Origin: a virus
Virus record (IMG/VR): IMGVR_UViG_3300021138_001972
Coordinates: 23,335 to 87,334 of that record
Reading direction: 5' to 3' (one strand)
Length of the DNA stretch: 64,000 nucleotides
Part shown: positions 29,585 to 45,030 of the stretch, piece by piece
Layout of the letters: each line of letters begins with the position of its first letter
How positions within the stretch are numbered: the stretch's first letter is position 1
The notes under the pieces: model-generated
Database searches by the model: none
The model's input: only the letters and a program-made list of their open reading frames with translations
Told to the model about the DNA's origin: nothing
Translations under genes and position numbers: made by a program

Positions 29585-30403
29585 ATGAGCACACGCAAAT
29601 TCCTCCGAGAAGTCACGGTACTTGACACCGAAACCACTAACTTAATCGCCGATCAAGCTGAGATCGTGGAGCTGGCTGCTGCTCGCTTCAACGATCGAGA
29701 CGGTTGGGTGATCAGAGATAGGTTGTTCAACGCCCGCAATGGCATACCACCAGCTGCCAGCGCCAAGAACAACATTGGCCCAAGGATGATCCGAGATCAG
29801 CCCTATTGGGATCAATGTGTCAGTGAAATCAAACACATGCTGAACTGGGATAGTGCTAGATACTTCGTAGCACACAACTGCAGTTATGATCAATCTGTGC
29901 TGGCTGTGGCCTGGGATCGCTGTGGTAGCGCAGCAGACGTTGCTAGCTCGCGCAACCAGTCAGAATGGATCTGTACCTGGCGGCTAAGCAAGCACATACT
30001 AGCGCATGATTTTGGAGATATCGAGTATGGACTCAATTACCTCAGATATCTGCTTGATCTACCTGTACCTGATGATCACGTTAGCCATAGGGCGGGTGCT
30101 GACACTCTAATCTGTGCGCTGCTGTTGGAACGGCTGATTGGCATCGCTGTGGAGAAAGACCTGATCAGCCTTGGCACAGATGTGGGCGCACAGCTGCATG
30201 CACTGTGCTGGAGCACAATTCCCATCGTGTCATGGCCTTTTGGCAAGTATCGAGGCGTGGCACTCTCAGAGATACCGGATGACTATTGGGTCTGGGCACT
30301 CAAGAATCTGCCAGCACTGAATGACACAGACGCAGGCTACGACCGCGATCTAGCAGAAAATATTAGGCTGCTACTGGAAGCACGGCTGGCCGACGCAGTC
30401 TGA
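29585..30403 (+). CDS. DEDDh 3'-5' exonuclease (ExoX-like)
   Basis: LDTETT, VAHN..YD, HRAGAD, C-terminal WPFGKYRG..IP.DY. Confidence 0.9.
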   Translation: MSTRKFLREVTVLDTETTNLIADQAEIVELAAARFNDRDGWVIRDRLFNARNGIPPAASAKNNIGPRMIRDQPYWDQCVSEIKHMLNWDSARYFVAHNCSYDQSVLAVAWDRCGSAADVASSRNQSEWICTWRLSKHILAHDFGDIEYGLNYLRYLLDLPVPDDHVSHRAGADTLICALLLERLIGIAVEKDLISLGTDVGAQLHALCWSTIPIVSWPFGKYRGVALSEIPDDYWVWALKNLPALNDTDAGYDRDLAENIRLLLEARLADAV

Positions 30404-30893
30404 TCAGCTTCGCAGCCTTGAGCAGCTTGCGCATGTGCACACGCTTGCCCCAATCATAGCTTTCGCGATGAGTCTCGCGGAAGCCCCACTGCCTATAAAT
30501 CTTGAGGTTGCGCGACATCTTGCTGTTGGTGTATAACCTAACTTCGTCATAGCCCAGCTCACGTGCCTTGCTCTCAGCAAAAGCCAGTGCTTGCTGTCCC
30601 AGTCCCTGACCTTGATGATCAGGATTCACACACAGCGCTTGTATCATCAGGTGATCATCGGCAGGAGTTAGCACTACCATGGCATTCACACCTGCTGTGC
30701 TGTCCAGCAACCAGAGGTTCTTGGCTGCTATGTGGTGATCAAAGTTTTCAAGGAAAGTAGGCGGTGTGCGTCCTAGCAGCGGTATGTAGGCTGCGTAGGC
30801 ATGGTACACGATGTGCCAAACATGGTGCATGTCAACGAAGGTGGCACGTCGGAATGGAGCTGGCTCTGTGCCAGACTGAGGTAGGTTGTACAC
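30363..30893 (-). CDS. GNAT N-acetyltransferase
   Basis: V.PDHQGQGLG, LYTN..RN..Y..WGF. Confidence 0.9.
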   Translation of the reverse strand: MYNLPQSGTEPAPFRRATFVDMHHVWHIVYHAYAAYIPLLGRTPPTFLENFDHHIAAKNLWLLDSTAGVNAMVVLTPADDHLMIQALCVNPDHQGQGLGQQALAFAESKARELGYDEVRLYTNSKMSRNLKIYRQWGFRETHRESYDWGKRVHMRKLLKAAKLIRLRRPAVLPVAA

Positions 30894-31009
30894 TGCATGT
30901 AACCTCCTGCTCCTGGATCACTTGTATACCCAGGTCCTAAAGTGAATCTATTTAGTGATCTCGGTGTATCACTGGCAATATAATTGCGATTATCGGAGAT
31001 AACATTCAC

Positions 31010-31708
31010 ATGGACGACAAGGTCAAGATAGCAGTACTTTTCAGAGGACCTGTGCGTCCAACAGTGCAGAGCACCGTGGCTCGCTGTAGTGAATTCATGG
31101 CCCAGATGTCTAACATACAAAATGCCACAGTAACTACCTATCTAGCCACATGGCGAGGATGGAAGAACAACACCGCAGCCGAGCTGCTGGCCACAGATAT
31201 GTTCGACAATGTTATCATGCAGACTGAGCCAACAGATGCACAGATTGAACGTGCAACCAAGATCAAGAACCTTCCTAACGGTGCTGAGATACGTCCTGTT
31301 TTCAACATGTACTATCAGAGCAAGACTGCGTTGGACATGATAGCACAAGCAGACGATTACCATTACATCGTGCACACTCGCACTGATATTGCCATGCAAC
31401 TTGGGCAGTTCCTGCCACAATGGTTCGATAATAATGCTTATACTGCCCCGCACGTACCAGGTGTGTTAGCACCGCACGCACCTCATGTGCCAGCAGAAGA
31501 ACAATGGATGTGCGATCAGTTCGGAGTTGCTACAACACCGATGATGCATGCCGCGTGGAATTACGGCAGCATCGCAGAGCTTGGACAGAGGATAGAAGCA
31601 GCAGATAAACCAGAAGCAGTGCTGCAAAACATGATCACCGAGCGTAACATACCAACAAAAGCGCCACAGTATCTGGTTTGGCAGCTTGACCCGCAGCGCA
31701 ATAGCTGA
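31010..31708 (+). CDS. hypothetical protein (GT-like, RTD motif)
   Basis: KIAVLFRG..R, YIVHTRTD, DQFG; GGAG RBS. Confidence 0.6.
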   Translation: MDDKVKIAVLFRGPVRPTVQSTVARCSEFMAQMSNIQNATVTTYLATWRGWKNNTAAELLATDMFDNVIMQTEPTDAQIERATKIKNLPNGAEIRPVFNMYYQSKTALDMIAQADDYHYIVHTRTDIAMQLGQFLPQWFDNNAYTAPHVPGVLAPHAPHVPAEEQWMCDQFGVATTPMMHAAWNYGSIAELGQRIEAADKPEAVLQNMITERNIPTKAPQYLVWQLDPQRNS

Positions 31709-31714
31709 TATAAT
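31686..31714 (+). promoter_or_regulatory. near-consensus sigma70 promoter of the ferredoxin gene
   Basis: TTGACC-17 bp-TATAAT. Confidence 0.7.
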
Positions 31715-31821
31715 TAGATACATAACGGATGGGGACAGTGCTTGCGAGATCCCGTCAGCATCCGAGACAGCAAGAGCCACAGGCCTTTGGATAAAGGTAT
31801 CAAGGAGGAAAAGTGCGGACA

Positions 31822-32172
31822 ATGACATACGTAGTTACAGATAATTGCATCAAGTGCAAATACATGGATTGTGTCTCTGTCTGCCCTTAGCTAGTAGATT
31901 GTTTCTACGAGGGCGACAACATGCTGGTGATCAATCCCAGCGAGTGCATAGATTGCGGTGTTTGCGAACCAGAATGCCCTGCTGATGCCATATTTCCTGA
32001 CACCAACAAGAAGCAGGATCTCACGTCATGGTTGAAGTTAAATGATGACTACAGCAAGGCTTGGCCGCGAGTTACCAGGGCACGCCCACACGATCCGCTA
32101 GCCAAGGAATATGACGGCGAACCAGACAAGTTTTGGAAATACTTTTCCAAGGCCCCTGGACAGGGTGGTTGA
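31822..32172 (+). CDS. fdxA: FdxA-type 7Fe ferredoxin interrupted by an in-frame TAG-CTA insertion (recoded or pseudogene)
   Basis: [52 protein letters not shown]; TAG at 31888-31890. Confidence 0.85.
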
Positions 32173-32176
32173 TACC

Positions 32177-37585
<5,409 letters not shown>

Positions 37586-37621
37586 TTAGGCTGTCAACCT
37601 TAAACCAACATCCGAGATGTG

Positions 37622-38002
37622 TCAGGTATTCAATACTGTCCAGGCCATCGCAGCATACCACAGCGTGTGAGCTATTTGATCCATGCCCTGTAAGTGCCAG
37701 AATGCCCTGTCCTTGAGAGTCCATTCCATGCCAAAACGTATGCGGCTTTTGATATGATCTATGGCATAATGGCACGCAAATTCTGCCAGTGCCAACAGTG
37801 CAGCTAGCTCTAACCCAGCAAATAGCACAGTGACCACAAAGCCTAGACCCGCATGATCGCAGCTGTGTATGAAGTTCTTGTAGCTGAACACGGGCAGCTT
37901 AGCAGTATCTCCGCCTGGTATGCGGCCCTGCAGCATGAGATCAGCGATGCTGTGTTTGATCAATAGCAGCGTTAGGTAAAGCAGTGCTGTGTTAGTGGTC
38001 AT
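37622..38002 (-). CDS. DUF3307-like membrane protein
   Basis: KHSIAD..LQ, H..DH, HYAID..K, DQIAH. Confidence 0.75.
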   Translation of the reverse strand: MTTNTALLYLTLLLIKHSIADLMLQGRIPGGDTAKLPVFSYKNFIHSCDHAGLGFVVTVLFAGLELAALLALAEFACHYAIDHIKSRIRFGMEWTLKDRAFWHLQGMDQIAHTLWYAAMAWTVLNT

Positions 38003-38231
38003 GTGAGTCAGTGGCCAGTGCCACAGCCATCTTGTAACTATCATAAGCCAGCTTGACGTTGGGGTCTGATTCGCGCAGCTGTTTCTCCAGCTTGGCATCA
38101 GCCAAGTGTGCTCGAAGGTCTTCTAACATCTGCGTGAGCATGTAGCCAGCACTTACTGAGATGTCTACACCACCGTAGCTGTCCATCTTTTGGATTTGTA
38201 TCCAACCATCACCACTCACGTTCTTGATCAT
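37992..38231 (-). CDS. hypothetical protein
   Basis: 79-aa ORF with GGAG RBS. Confidence 0.6.
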   Translation of the reverse strand: MIKNVSGDGWIQIQKMDSYGGVDISVSAGYMLTQMLEDLRAHLADAKLEKQLRESDPNVKLAYDSYKMAVALATDSHDH

Positions 38232-38351
38232 GATTCGTCTCCCACAGCTGATTATGCCACAACAGCGGTATTATCGCAACTAGCTTATCATTATTTGCAC
38301 ATGCACAGATCTCATCTTAAATATAAACTAGGGTAAACAGCAGGAAACACT

Positions 38352-39590
38352 ATGAAAAGCATGGCATGCGATAAGATGTGGACTATGATGAACGTTAAAT
38401 CTAACAAACGTCAGATAACCACATGCTGCCTCAGATATTCAGATGCGATACCATTGGAAACGCTGCAGGATCTTGGACCCAAAATTTTCACTGACGCATT
38501 ACCTACTGTGCGACAGGACAGAGACCAGTTCATAGATGATAATATCATACCAGATGCCTGCAAAGTGTGCAAGGACACGTGGCCCAATTCGCTGTGGCAC
38601 AGCTGGAACGAATGGAAAGAACGAGATTGGACTGACAACGAGCTAGAACATCTGAGATCAGCAGAAATGTTGAATCTCATCGAGATAAGTCTTTCCAACG
38701 TTTGCAACCAAACCTGCATGTACTGTGGTCCGGAAAACAGCAGCGATTGGGCCAAGATACTGGGTATCCAACAAGAAGATACGTCTGACTGGGAGCTTAC
38801 CATGCTGCAATCTCTGTATGCGTTCATAGAGCAGACTGTGAATCTGCGGCCAGGTAGGATGACCTACAATTTCCTAGGTGGCGAACCTCTGCTTAACCTC
38901 AACATGTATGATGTCATAGACGGCATAATATCAAGCCATGCCAATGATCATTATCCAAACCGCAAGAAGGAGATAATGATCACGTCCAATCTCAACGTCA
39001 AACCCATATTGATTGACAGGTTGCTGGCCGTGATAGACGCTAATGAAGGCTGGCGCTGGATGATCAAGGGCAGCATAGACGCTGTTGGTACCACTGGCGA
39101 AACTGTGCGAGACGGGCTTAGCGTGGATCTCTTCCAAGAAAACCTAGAGAAGCTGCTGAAAAATCCAAAGGTCAGCATCGAGATCCTACCCAGTGTCAGC
39201 GTGCTTAGCTTGCCAGAGTTCTCAGATTTGATCAAGTGGGTCAAGGACATTATGAAGCGCAATAATCTCATGGACCAGTATGGTACCAGATGGCGCATGG
39301 GCATCAACGTGGTGCACTATCCCGAGGCCCTGCATCCGGGCAATCTCTCAGAAGATTTCCGTGACTGCATAACTCGATGTTTGGAGGAAGCTGCTGAAAT
39401 TCCTGACACTGGCAACAGGAATTCGTTCCTGCTGCACATCAACAACATGGGTGGGATCATAGGCACCAAGCGTTCTGAATCAGACCGCGCAGAGATGCGA
39501 CGTTGGTTCAAGCAGCAGGGACAGATCAAGAGCAAGGACTATTGGTCCCTGTTTCCCCTGCTAAATCAGCTCTGCGGTCCTGCTGATTGA
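38352..39590 (+). CDS. radical SAM protein with N-terminal Cys-rich domain
   Basis: C..W..CC..CKVC; CNQTCMYC; LGGEPL. Confidence 0.85.
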   Translation: MKSMACDKMWTMMNVKSNKRQITTCCLRYSDAIPLETLQDLGPKIFTDALPTVRQDRDQFIDDNIIPDACKVCKDTWPNSLWHSWNEWKERDWTDNELEHLRSAEMLNLIEISLSNVCNQTCMYCGPENSSDWAKILGIQQEDTSDWELTMLQSLYAFIEQTVNLRPGRMTYNFLGGEPLLNLNMYDVIDGIISSHANDHYPNRKKEIMITSNLNVKPILIDRLLAVIDANEGWRWMIKGSIDAVGTTGETVRDGLSVDLFQENLEKLLKNPKVSIEILPSVSVLSLPEFSDLIKWVKDIMKRNNLMDQYGTRWRMGINVVHYPEALHPGNLSEDFRDCITRCLEEAAEIPDTGNRNSFLLHINNMGGIIGTKRSESDRAEMRRWFKQQGQIKSKDYWSLFPLLNQLCGPAD

Positions 39591-39595
39591 CGTGT

Positions 39596-40144
39596 TTAGA
39601 TAAACCAACCCCAGATAGCGTCGCTGAGCAGCAGAGCTCCGATCAGACCGCAGGCAATGCTGGCCCACAGCATTTCCATGCTCACTGCAAGTATCGCAGT
39701 TGAGCTGAGCACTATGGCAATCTGTAGCGCAGCACTGCTGAAGCTGAAGTAAGGTCCGTGTGCCTTGGCAGCATCGCGCTCTTCTTCTAGCACTTTGGCC
39801 TTGGCCAGCAGTTCGCGCTTGCCCTCACCAGTCTTGGGATCGCTCTCATAGCTAGATATCTTAGCCCTGATCTCAGCAGCCTTGGCATCGTCCTTGCGTG
39901 CCAGCGCGTCATCTAGGGCATATTCAGCTAGATTCTGTTTGATGCTCTTGGCCTGATAGAAGTTGTAGACATCGTTGATCTTCAGCGTGTTGGTCAGCAC
40001 CCGGCTGCTGACACCGTTGGCGATCAGAGTTCCAATAGCCAATAGTGCCGCCAGTATGCTGATGGTTATGGCCCCACGGCCCTTCATCACTGCTTCGCCT
40101 TCGCTGCGACTTAATACCTTACCAGTCTTGTCCTTTAGTGCCAT
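39596..40144 (-). CDS. DUF4337-like membrane protein
   Basis: YNFYQAKSIKQ, LQIAIVLSS with flanking TM helices. Confidence 0.7.
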   Translation of the reverse strand: MALKDKTGKVLSRSEGEAVMKGRGAITISILAALLAIGTLIANGVSSRVLTNTLKINDVYNFYQAKSIKQNLAEYALDDALARKDDAKAAEIRAKISSYESDPKTGEGKRELLAKAKVLEEERDAAKAHGPYFSFSSAALQIAIVLSSTAILAVSMEMLWASIACGLIGALLLSDAIWGWFI

Positions 40145-40195
40145 GTGAGATCTCCATAAATGCACACATGCTAATTTATCTGATCAGGGACAAAT

Positions 40196-41380
40196 TTACT
40201 CTTGCACCATAGCTGCTATAGCTGCTGTCTTTGGATAGATCGCGCGCCAATCTCCTCCGCCCCAGCGGGCCTGGCTGTCATCTAAGAACCCAGTCAACAA
40301 TCTGGTTTGTTTGATGCTAGGCTGATCTGATGGTAGCGCAAGCCATGTGGATATCTGCTCACTGATCACGTTAGCATGCGAGAGGTCTGACGTTGCAAAC
40401 GCAGACAACAGAGATTGAAAGTGCTGTAGCTCATCTCGGAACGATCCAAACCATTCTGCAGGATCCAACGCTGGAGGATCAACTACCGGATTGATCTCGT
40501 CCCAGATCGGAGCATTACAGAGGCTGGATCTGCTATCAAAAACAAACTGTGCCAGTGCAGGCATGGATTCTAACGTCAGTGGTGTTAGTGTTAATGCTGG
40601 ACGCATGATCACGGGTTTTGATCCCAGTCGTAACCAATTGTCTCGCCACCGTTCCCAGTTACAGTTCTGCCTCTGCCAATCATTTTGATTACCTACACCA
40701 TCGACACTGACACGGAAATATATGGTATTACCCTGGTCTACCAACTTATCTAACAGCGATTCTATGCGTGAGAGATAGCGATCTGGCGTGTTGAGATTGG
40801 TGTTGAACACTATTTCAACATCGTGCCATGATATCTTCTCCAGGATATCATAGGTATCCTGTATCAAGAAAGGTTCGCCTCCGGTTAGATTTATGCGGTG
40901 TATCTTCTGCTGGTTTGCTAACAACCAATTGTAGAATTGTGCATGCAGATCCTTGAATACAGCACGTTGTTTGCTCGCAGCTGCAGGCTCTTTGTTGTAC
41001 TGGGTATCATCATGTCTGAGAGCCCATATGCTGCTGCTGCGAGGCCCACAGTATCTGCAGGCCATGTCGCAGGTATTACCAAGGTTTATCTCTACGACTA
41101 TGTCGTCGTAGCTATCTAGAGACTGAGGTATGAGAGTCGGACGCGCTGTTCCCTGCCTAGGGCTCCATTGGCTGTTGGCTTCGAGATCCCAGCAGTGCCT
41201 GCAATCCGCAGGTTTACGCCCCTGTAATTGGTCCTGCCTTCGTGATTTAATAGCAGGACCATTGAACCAGTCCTCACCTGCTACCATTGGTTTCCACGGA
41301 GTCTTGCAGCATACTCGCTGTTCCATGTTAGCTAGATCAAAAAGGAAATAATTCCAGCTGCGTGCACAGTAAGTGTCCAT
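40196..41380 (-). CDS. radical SAM protein with N-terminal Cys-rich domain
   Basis: YC..SW..CC..CRHCW; CDMACRYC; TGGEPF. Confidence 0.85.
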   Translation of the reverse strand: MDTYCARSWNYFLFDLANMEQRVCCKTPWKPMVAGEDWFNGPAIKSRRQDQLQGRKPADCRHCWDLEANSQWSPRQGTARPTLIPQSLDSYDDIVVEINLGNTCDMACRYCGPRSSSIWALRHDDTQYNKEPAAASKQRAVFKDLHAQFYNWLLANQQKIHRINLTGGEPFLIQDTYDILEKISWHDVEIVFNTNLNTPDRYLSRIESLLDKLVDQGNTIYFRVSVDGVGNQNDWQRQNCNWERWRDNWLRLGSKPVIMRPALTLTPLTLESMPALAQFVFDSRSSLCNAPIWDEINPVVDPPALDPAEWFGSFRDELQHFQSLLSAFATSDLSHANVISEQISTWLALPSDQPSIKQTRLLTGFLDDSQARWGGGDWRAIYPKTAAIAAMVQE

Positions 41381-41439
41381 GTATGCCCTTTATACCAGAT
41401 ATTTATTGGTTAGTAGCACACATGGACCTGCGAGTTATC

Positions 41440-41553
41440 TCACTTCTTGCTGCTTTTGGCTGGCTGTGCTGAGACAGCTGTGCGCGGTGGATTGGCCACG
41501 CTTTCCTTGAGTTTGGGCTTCTTGGGCTTCTTCTTGCTCATGGGATCTGCCAT
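41440..41553 (-). CDS. small Lys-rich protein (37 aa)
   Basis: MADPMSKKKPKKPKLK...SSKK with AAGGAG RBS; not in the ORF track. Confidence 0.45.
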   Translation of the reverse strand: MADPMSKKKPKKPKLKESVANPPRTAVSAQPAKSSKK

Positions 41554-41618
41554 GTGATTCTCCTTGTTTGGCTATCGCATTCAGCGACAGTTAATGTTAA
41601 GGATTTGACAGTATGAGA

Positions 41619-43487
41619 TCAACTTAGGTTGATGGTCTTCCATCCAGTGCTGGTCTTGAAATACAGCACATCACCGTTGCGTGTTAGGTCGCCTATGCTG
41701 CCTTCTGTGGTCGGTACAGTGCCAAGATCAGGTAGGCTAAGCAAAGCTTGGCTGCTGAAAGTCCAAGTCTTTGACGTAGCCAGTATGCTGATGTTGCCAA
41801 CGGTTTGTAACAATCCATTACCCGTGTTTGATATGGGCAGGTTTAGCTCACCGTTTGGCCCAAAGATCCAGTTATAGCTGCCGTTGCTACGCAGGGTGTA
41901 ACCGCTGCCGTTGGTGTAGAATCCACGACCTGACGAGTCGCGCAGATCCAAGCTGGTGGTAACTGTGTTGTCTGTGGCAAACTGGCCCGTGATGCTGCCG
42001 TTGATCTTGGCGCCATTGGGGAAGATGGTGTTACCATCTGAGCCAAACAGCCAACCGTAGGTACCACTGTCAGTGGCGGCATTGCTGTTGATGCGCACAG
42101 TACCTTGGCTGCCCACTGTTAAGTTTGTGTCAATGGTCTGCAAATAATTGTTGCGTGGCAGCGTGAGTATGCCATTATAGCCAAAGGTCCATCCCTGTGT
42201 TTGGTCAACATTGGGTATTATGGTAATGTTGGTGTTGTCGGACTGCAACGAGAAGCTGTCCCAGTTCTGAGTCCTGATGATGCCCTTGTCTGGTATTTCT
42301 AGCGTCCCACCATAGCCAAAGGTCCACACGTTGCCAGTCTCTGTGGCAAGGTTTCCTGCGAACACTCGCACACCATCCTCATTGCCTGCTATCACGCCCT
42401 GACTTGGCATGATAAACCTACCCACGCTATCAGCATCAAAGGTGAAAGTGTGGGGGCCGCTGGTGATGTTTACCCAACCAGTGGTGCTGGTGATGTTGAG
42501 ATTGCCACTGGCAGTGACGATGTTGCCTGAGGCGGGCAACGTGAGGGTGCCATCTTGGCTAAATGTCCACGTGTAGGGCAATGCCAACCCAGTACCAATG
42601 GTCACCGGACCATAATAATTGTATAACAGTGCAGGATCGCCACTGCCATATGTGGGAATAACCAGTGCAGTTGTGGATCCATGACTGAGGTCTGAATTGT
42701 TGACGGTTACGCCATTTAGGCTATACATGGTTGTATTCACAAACGAAATATTACCTATGTTACCACCACCGCCTGCTGGACCTGTGGCACCAGTAGGACC
42801 TGGTACTGTGCTAGCTGTACCTGTAGGACCAGTGCGTCCTACGGGTCCAGTGATGCTGACACCTGTCGGACCTGTGCTACCTGTTGGTCCACCCAGGGGA
42901 CCTGTGGGTCCCGTGCTGCCCCTGATGCCTTGTTCACCGCGCGGGCCAGTTATGTTACCTGTTGGGCCAGTTGCCCCAGTTGGACCACCCAGTGGACCAG
43001 TAGGACCTGTACGACCTATGTCACCCATGGGTCCTGTGATGCCCTGCGTGCCCTGATAGCCTCTGGGACCCTGTGGTCCAGTTGGTCCTCCCAGAGGTCC
43101 AGTTGGTCCAGTCTCGCCTCTGAGTCCCGTTGGACCTGTAACACCATCGTAGCCTGCACTGCCTGTGGGACCTGTGGCACCAGTTTCGCCCACGCCTGGA
43201 CCAGTGGGACCAATATAACCACGCTCTCCAGTAGGACCGGTAGCACCCGGCGCACCCACACCGCCCTGTGCTCCAGTTGGTCCACCAAGAGGACCAGTTG
43301 GACCTGTCTCACCTCTGAGCCCGGTTGGACCAGTAGCGCCGTAGCCAGTGGGACCGGTTGATCCTGTGGGACCAGTGTCGCCCATATCTCCAGTTGGTCC
43401 TGTGACTTGGCTGTCCAATCCATAGGGACCAGTGGGGCCCTGCGAACCTGTGGGACCTGTGATATAATTGACCGTGGTAACCATCAA
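41619..43487 (-). CDS. collagen-like fibre protein
   Basis: G-P-T triplets, then repeated WTFG.DG.L.LP modules. Confidence 0.8.
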   Translation of the reverse strand: MMVTTVNYITGPTGSQGPTGPYGLDSQVTGPTGDMGDTGPTGSTGPTGYGATGPTGLRGETGPTGPLGGPTGAQGGVGAPGATGPTGERGYIGPTGPGVGETGATGPTGSAGYDGVTGPTGLRGETGPTGPLGGPTGPQGPRGYQGTQGITGPMGDIGRTGPTGPLGGPTGATGPTGNITGPRGEQGIRGSTGPTGPLGGPTGSTGPTGVSITGPVGRTGPTGTASTVPGPTGATGPAGGGGNIGNISFVNTTMYSLNGVTVNNSDLSHGSTTALVIPTYGSGDPALLYNYYGPVTIGTGLALPYTWTFSQDGTLTLPASGNIVTASGNLNITSTTGWVNITSGPHTFTFDADSVGRFIMPSQGVIAGNEDGVRVFAGNLATETGNVWTFGYGGTLEIPDKGIIRTQNWDSFSLQSDNTNITIIPNVDQTQGWTFGYNGILTLPRNNYLQTIDTNLTVGSQGTVRINSNAATDSGTYGWLFGSDGNTIFPNGAKINGSITGQFATDNTVTTSLDLRDSSGRGFYTNGSGYTLRSNGSYNWIFGPNGELNLPISNTGNGLLQTVGNISILATSKTWTFSSQALLSLPDLGTVPTTEGSIGDLTRNGDVLYFKTSTGWKTINLS

Positions 43488-43543
43488 TGTTTCCTGTGTG
43501 ATGCAGGATATTTATGGAGGGTGCGCACCATAAATATCTGACC

Positions 43544-44416
43544 ATGCGCATGCTTGAGCTACTTGAACACACTGATGACCTAGACGAAGCCAGCTTGCGA
43601 GACCTTGCCAAGGCTGGTGTCATAGGCGCTGGCCTCATAGGTGCAGGATTAGGTGCCAACAGCATGCTAAGCAAGGCACCTGATCCCACGGCGATCACAC
43701 AACCAGCTCAGGCTGTGAAAACTGCCCCTTCGTCTGATGCAGTGGACAAAGCACAGCACCAGGCAGAGCCTCAAAAGGCACAGAATAATCCAAATTTTCC
43801 AGCTGAGCTCAAGGGGTTAGATAGCAAGGATGCCAAGACACGCGTCAGCACCTTTGCCCGGGTGGTGCTGCCTTTGATAGACGCTGAGAACGCGGAGATA
43901 CGCAAGCAACGCCAAGCATTGACACAGCTGAGCAAGCAGAAATCACTGACCAAGGCACAGGCAGATTGGCTGGAAGGCATGCGTGAATACTACAAGGCAG
44001 ACAGCCTGCAGGATCTGCTGGCCAAAGTAGACATTGTGCCACGCAGCATGGCACTAGCACAAGCAGCAGTGGAAAGCAGTTGGGGGCAGCAGCCTCTGGC
44101 ACAGCAGGCCAACGTGTTCTATGGCCAAAAGACTTTTGATCCAGAGGCACCCAGTGCCACAGGTCAGTACGGTGAGAAGTATCGTGCGTTTGATAGTCCC
44201 CAAGACAGCGTGCGTGCCTACATGCGCAATCTCAACACGCATCCTGCTTATGAACCATTCAGGTCAGCCCGAGCAGAGCTGAGATCCAAGAACCGGCCAC
44301 TGCAGGGTGCACAGTTGGTCAAGAGCCTGGGCAGCTACAGCACCAAGGGTGGTTATGGTCAGCAGCTGCACAGCATCATACAAGGTCGTGGTCTGAATAA
44401 ACTTGACACCAATTGA
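43544..44416 (+). CDS. Bax-like glucosaminidase (GH73) peptidoglycan hydrolase
   Basis: LAQAAVESSWG, N.FYG, Y..NLNTHPAY..FR, YS..Y; leaderless ATG after TAAATA. Confidence 0.8.
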   Translation: MRMLELLEHTDDLDEASLRDLAKAGVIGAGLIGAGLGANSMLSKAPDPTAITQPAQAVKTAPSSDAVDKAQHQAEPQKAQNNPNFPAELKGLDSKDAKTRVSTFARVVLPLIDAENAEIRKQRQALTQLSKQKSLTKAQADWLEGMREYYKADSLQDLLAKVDIVPRSMALAQAAVESSWGQQPLAQQANVFYGQKTFDPEAPSATGQYGEKYRAFDSPQDSVRAYMRNLNTHPAYEPFRSARAELRSKNRPLQGAQLVKSLGSYSTKGGYGQQLHSIIQGRGLNKLDTN

Positions 44417-44437
44417 TCACCTGCCTATCATTGGTGC

Positions 44438-44746
44438 ATGACAGACAAACTCAGTGAACTGGAACGTTGGGAAAAGCTGCGCAATCGAGCCATGGATCGC
44501 GGCTTCATAATGAACGTGGACCGACACAAGATTACCATGGCCCCCAGCGTGCTCAAGGTGCTTGATCACAGCAAGCGTGGCGCAGTGTCCTTCCTCAGCT
44601 TGGAAGAAGTAGAAAGCTGGTTGGACGGCTATGATTGGATGCTGGCACATGCCACCGGCATGGGATTCAATATCAAAGTAGCTGAAAAAGATGCGTATGA
44701 CCAGTGGGATCAGCATCGTATTCTCAGGGTTCTCAGCAGCGATTAA
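44438..44746 (+). CDS. hypothetical protein, leaderless from a sigma70 promoter
   Basis: TTGACA(44403)-17-TATCAT, then ATG 6 nt later. Confidence 0.65.
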   Translation: MTDKLSELERWEKLRNRAMDRGFIMNVDRHKITMAPSVLKVLDHSKRGAVSFLSLEEVESWLDGYDWMLAHATGMGFNIKVAEKDAYDQWDQHRILRVLSSD

Positions 44747-44776
44747 ACAAAAAACTTTGATTTTTCATCTTTTCGG

Positions 44777-44806
44777 TTGACGTTTATCACACAGGCTGTA
44801 TAAATA
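44777..44806 (+). promoter_or_regulatory. composite promoter of the tRNA-array leader
   Basis: TTGACG (44777-44782) and TG-TATAAATA (44797-44806), 4 nt before ATG 44811. Confidence 0.7.
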
Positions 44807-44810
44807 ACTC

Positions 44811-44963
44811 ATGATGACAACATTCGCGCCTAAATCAACCAGCTTTACACAGCAGCACAGCTATCAAGCCATGCCCAATACCATTTGGCTGGCAATAGCT
44901 GGAGTCCAGCTCTGTGGCTTAGATCGCGGCGTGGAATTGCCAGCAGAGGGGTGTAGAGGATAG
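44811..44963 (+). CDS. putative attenuator leader peptide (50 aa, all 20 amino acids)
   Basis: MMTTFAPKSTSFTQQHSYQAMPNTIWLAIAGVQLCGLDRGVELPAEGCRG*; 3' end overlaps an antiterminator; not in the ORF track. Confidence 0.75.
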   Translation: MMTTFAPKSTSFTQQHSYQAMPNTIWLAIAGVQLCGLDRGVELPAEGCRG

Positions 44964-45003
44964 TGTAGCAGCCAAAAGCAGCACAATTATTCCAAAACAC
45001 CCC
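44948..45003 (+). promoter_or_regulatory. antiterminator hairpin
   Basis: GGGGTGT (44948-44954) pairs with ACACCCC (44997-45003); GGATAGTGT pairs with ACAATTATTCC; excludes the terminator stem. Confidence 0.7.
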
Positions 45004-45030
45004 CAGAATCGAAAGATTCGGGGGTTTTTT
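45000..45030 (+). terminator. intrinsic terminator (attenuator)
   Basis: CCCCC-A-GAATC-GAAA-GATTC-GGGGG followed by T6. Confidence 0.9.

Noticed and set aside
31888-31890. Genome-wide TAG recoding suggested by the ferredoxin stop
   Set aside because: TAG ends several apparently complete genes (25828, 51549, 53937), long ORFs are not fragmented, no CTA-anticodon tRNA was found, and the TAG is an insertion rather than a substitution.
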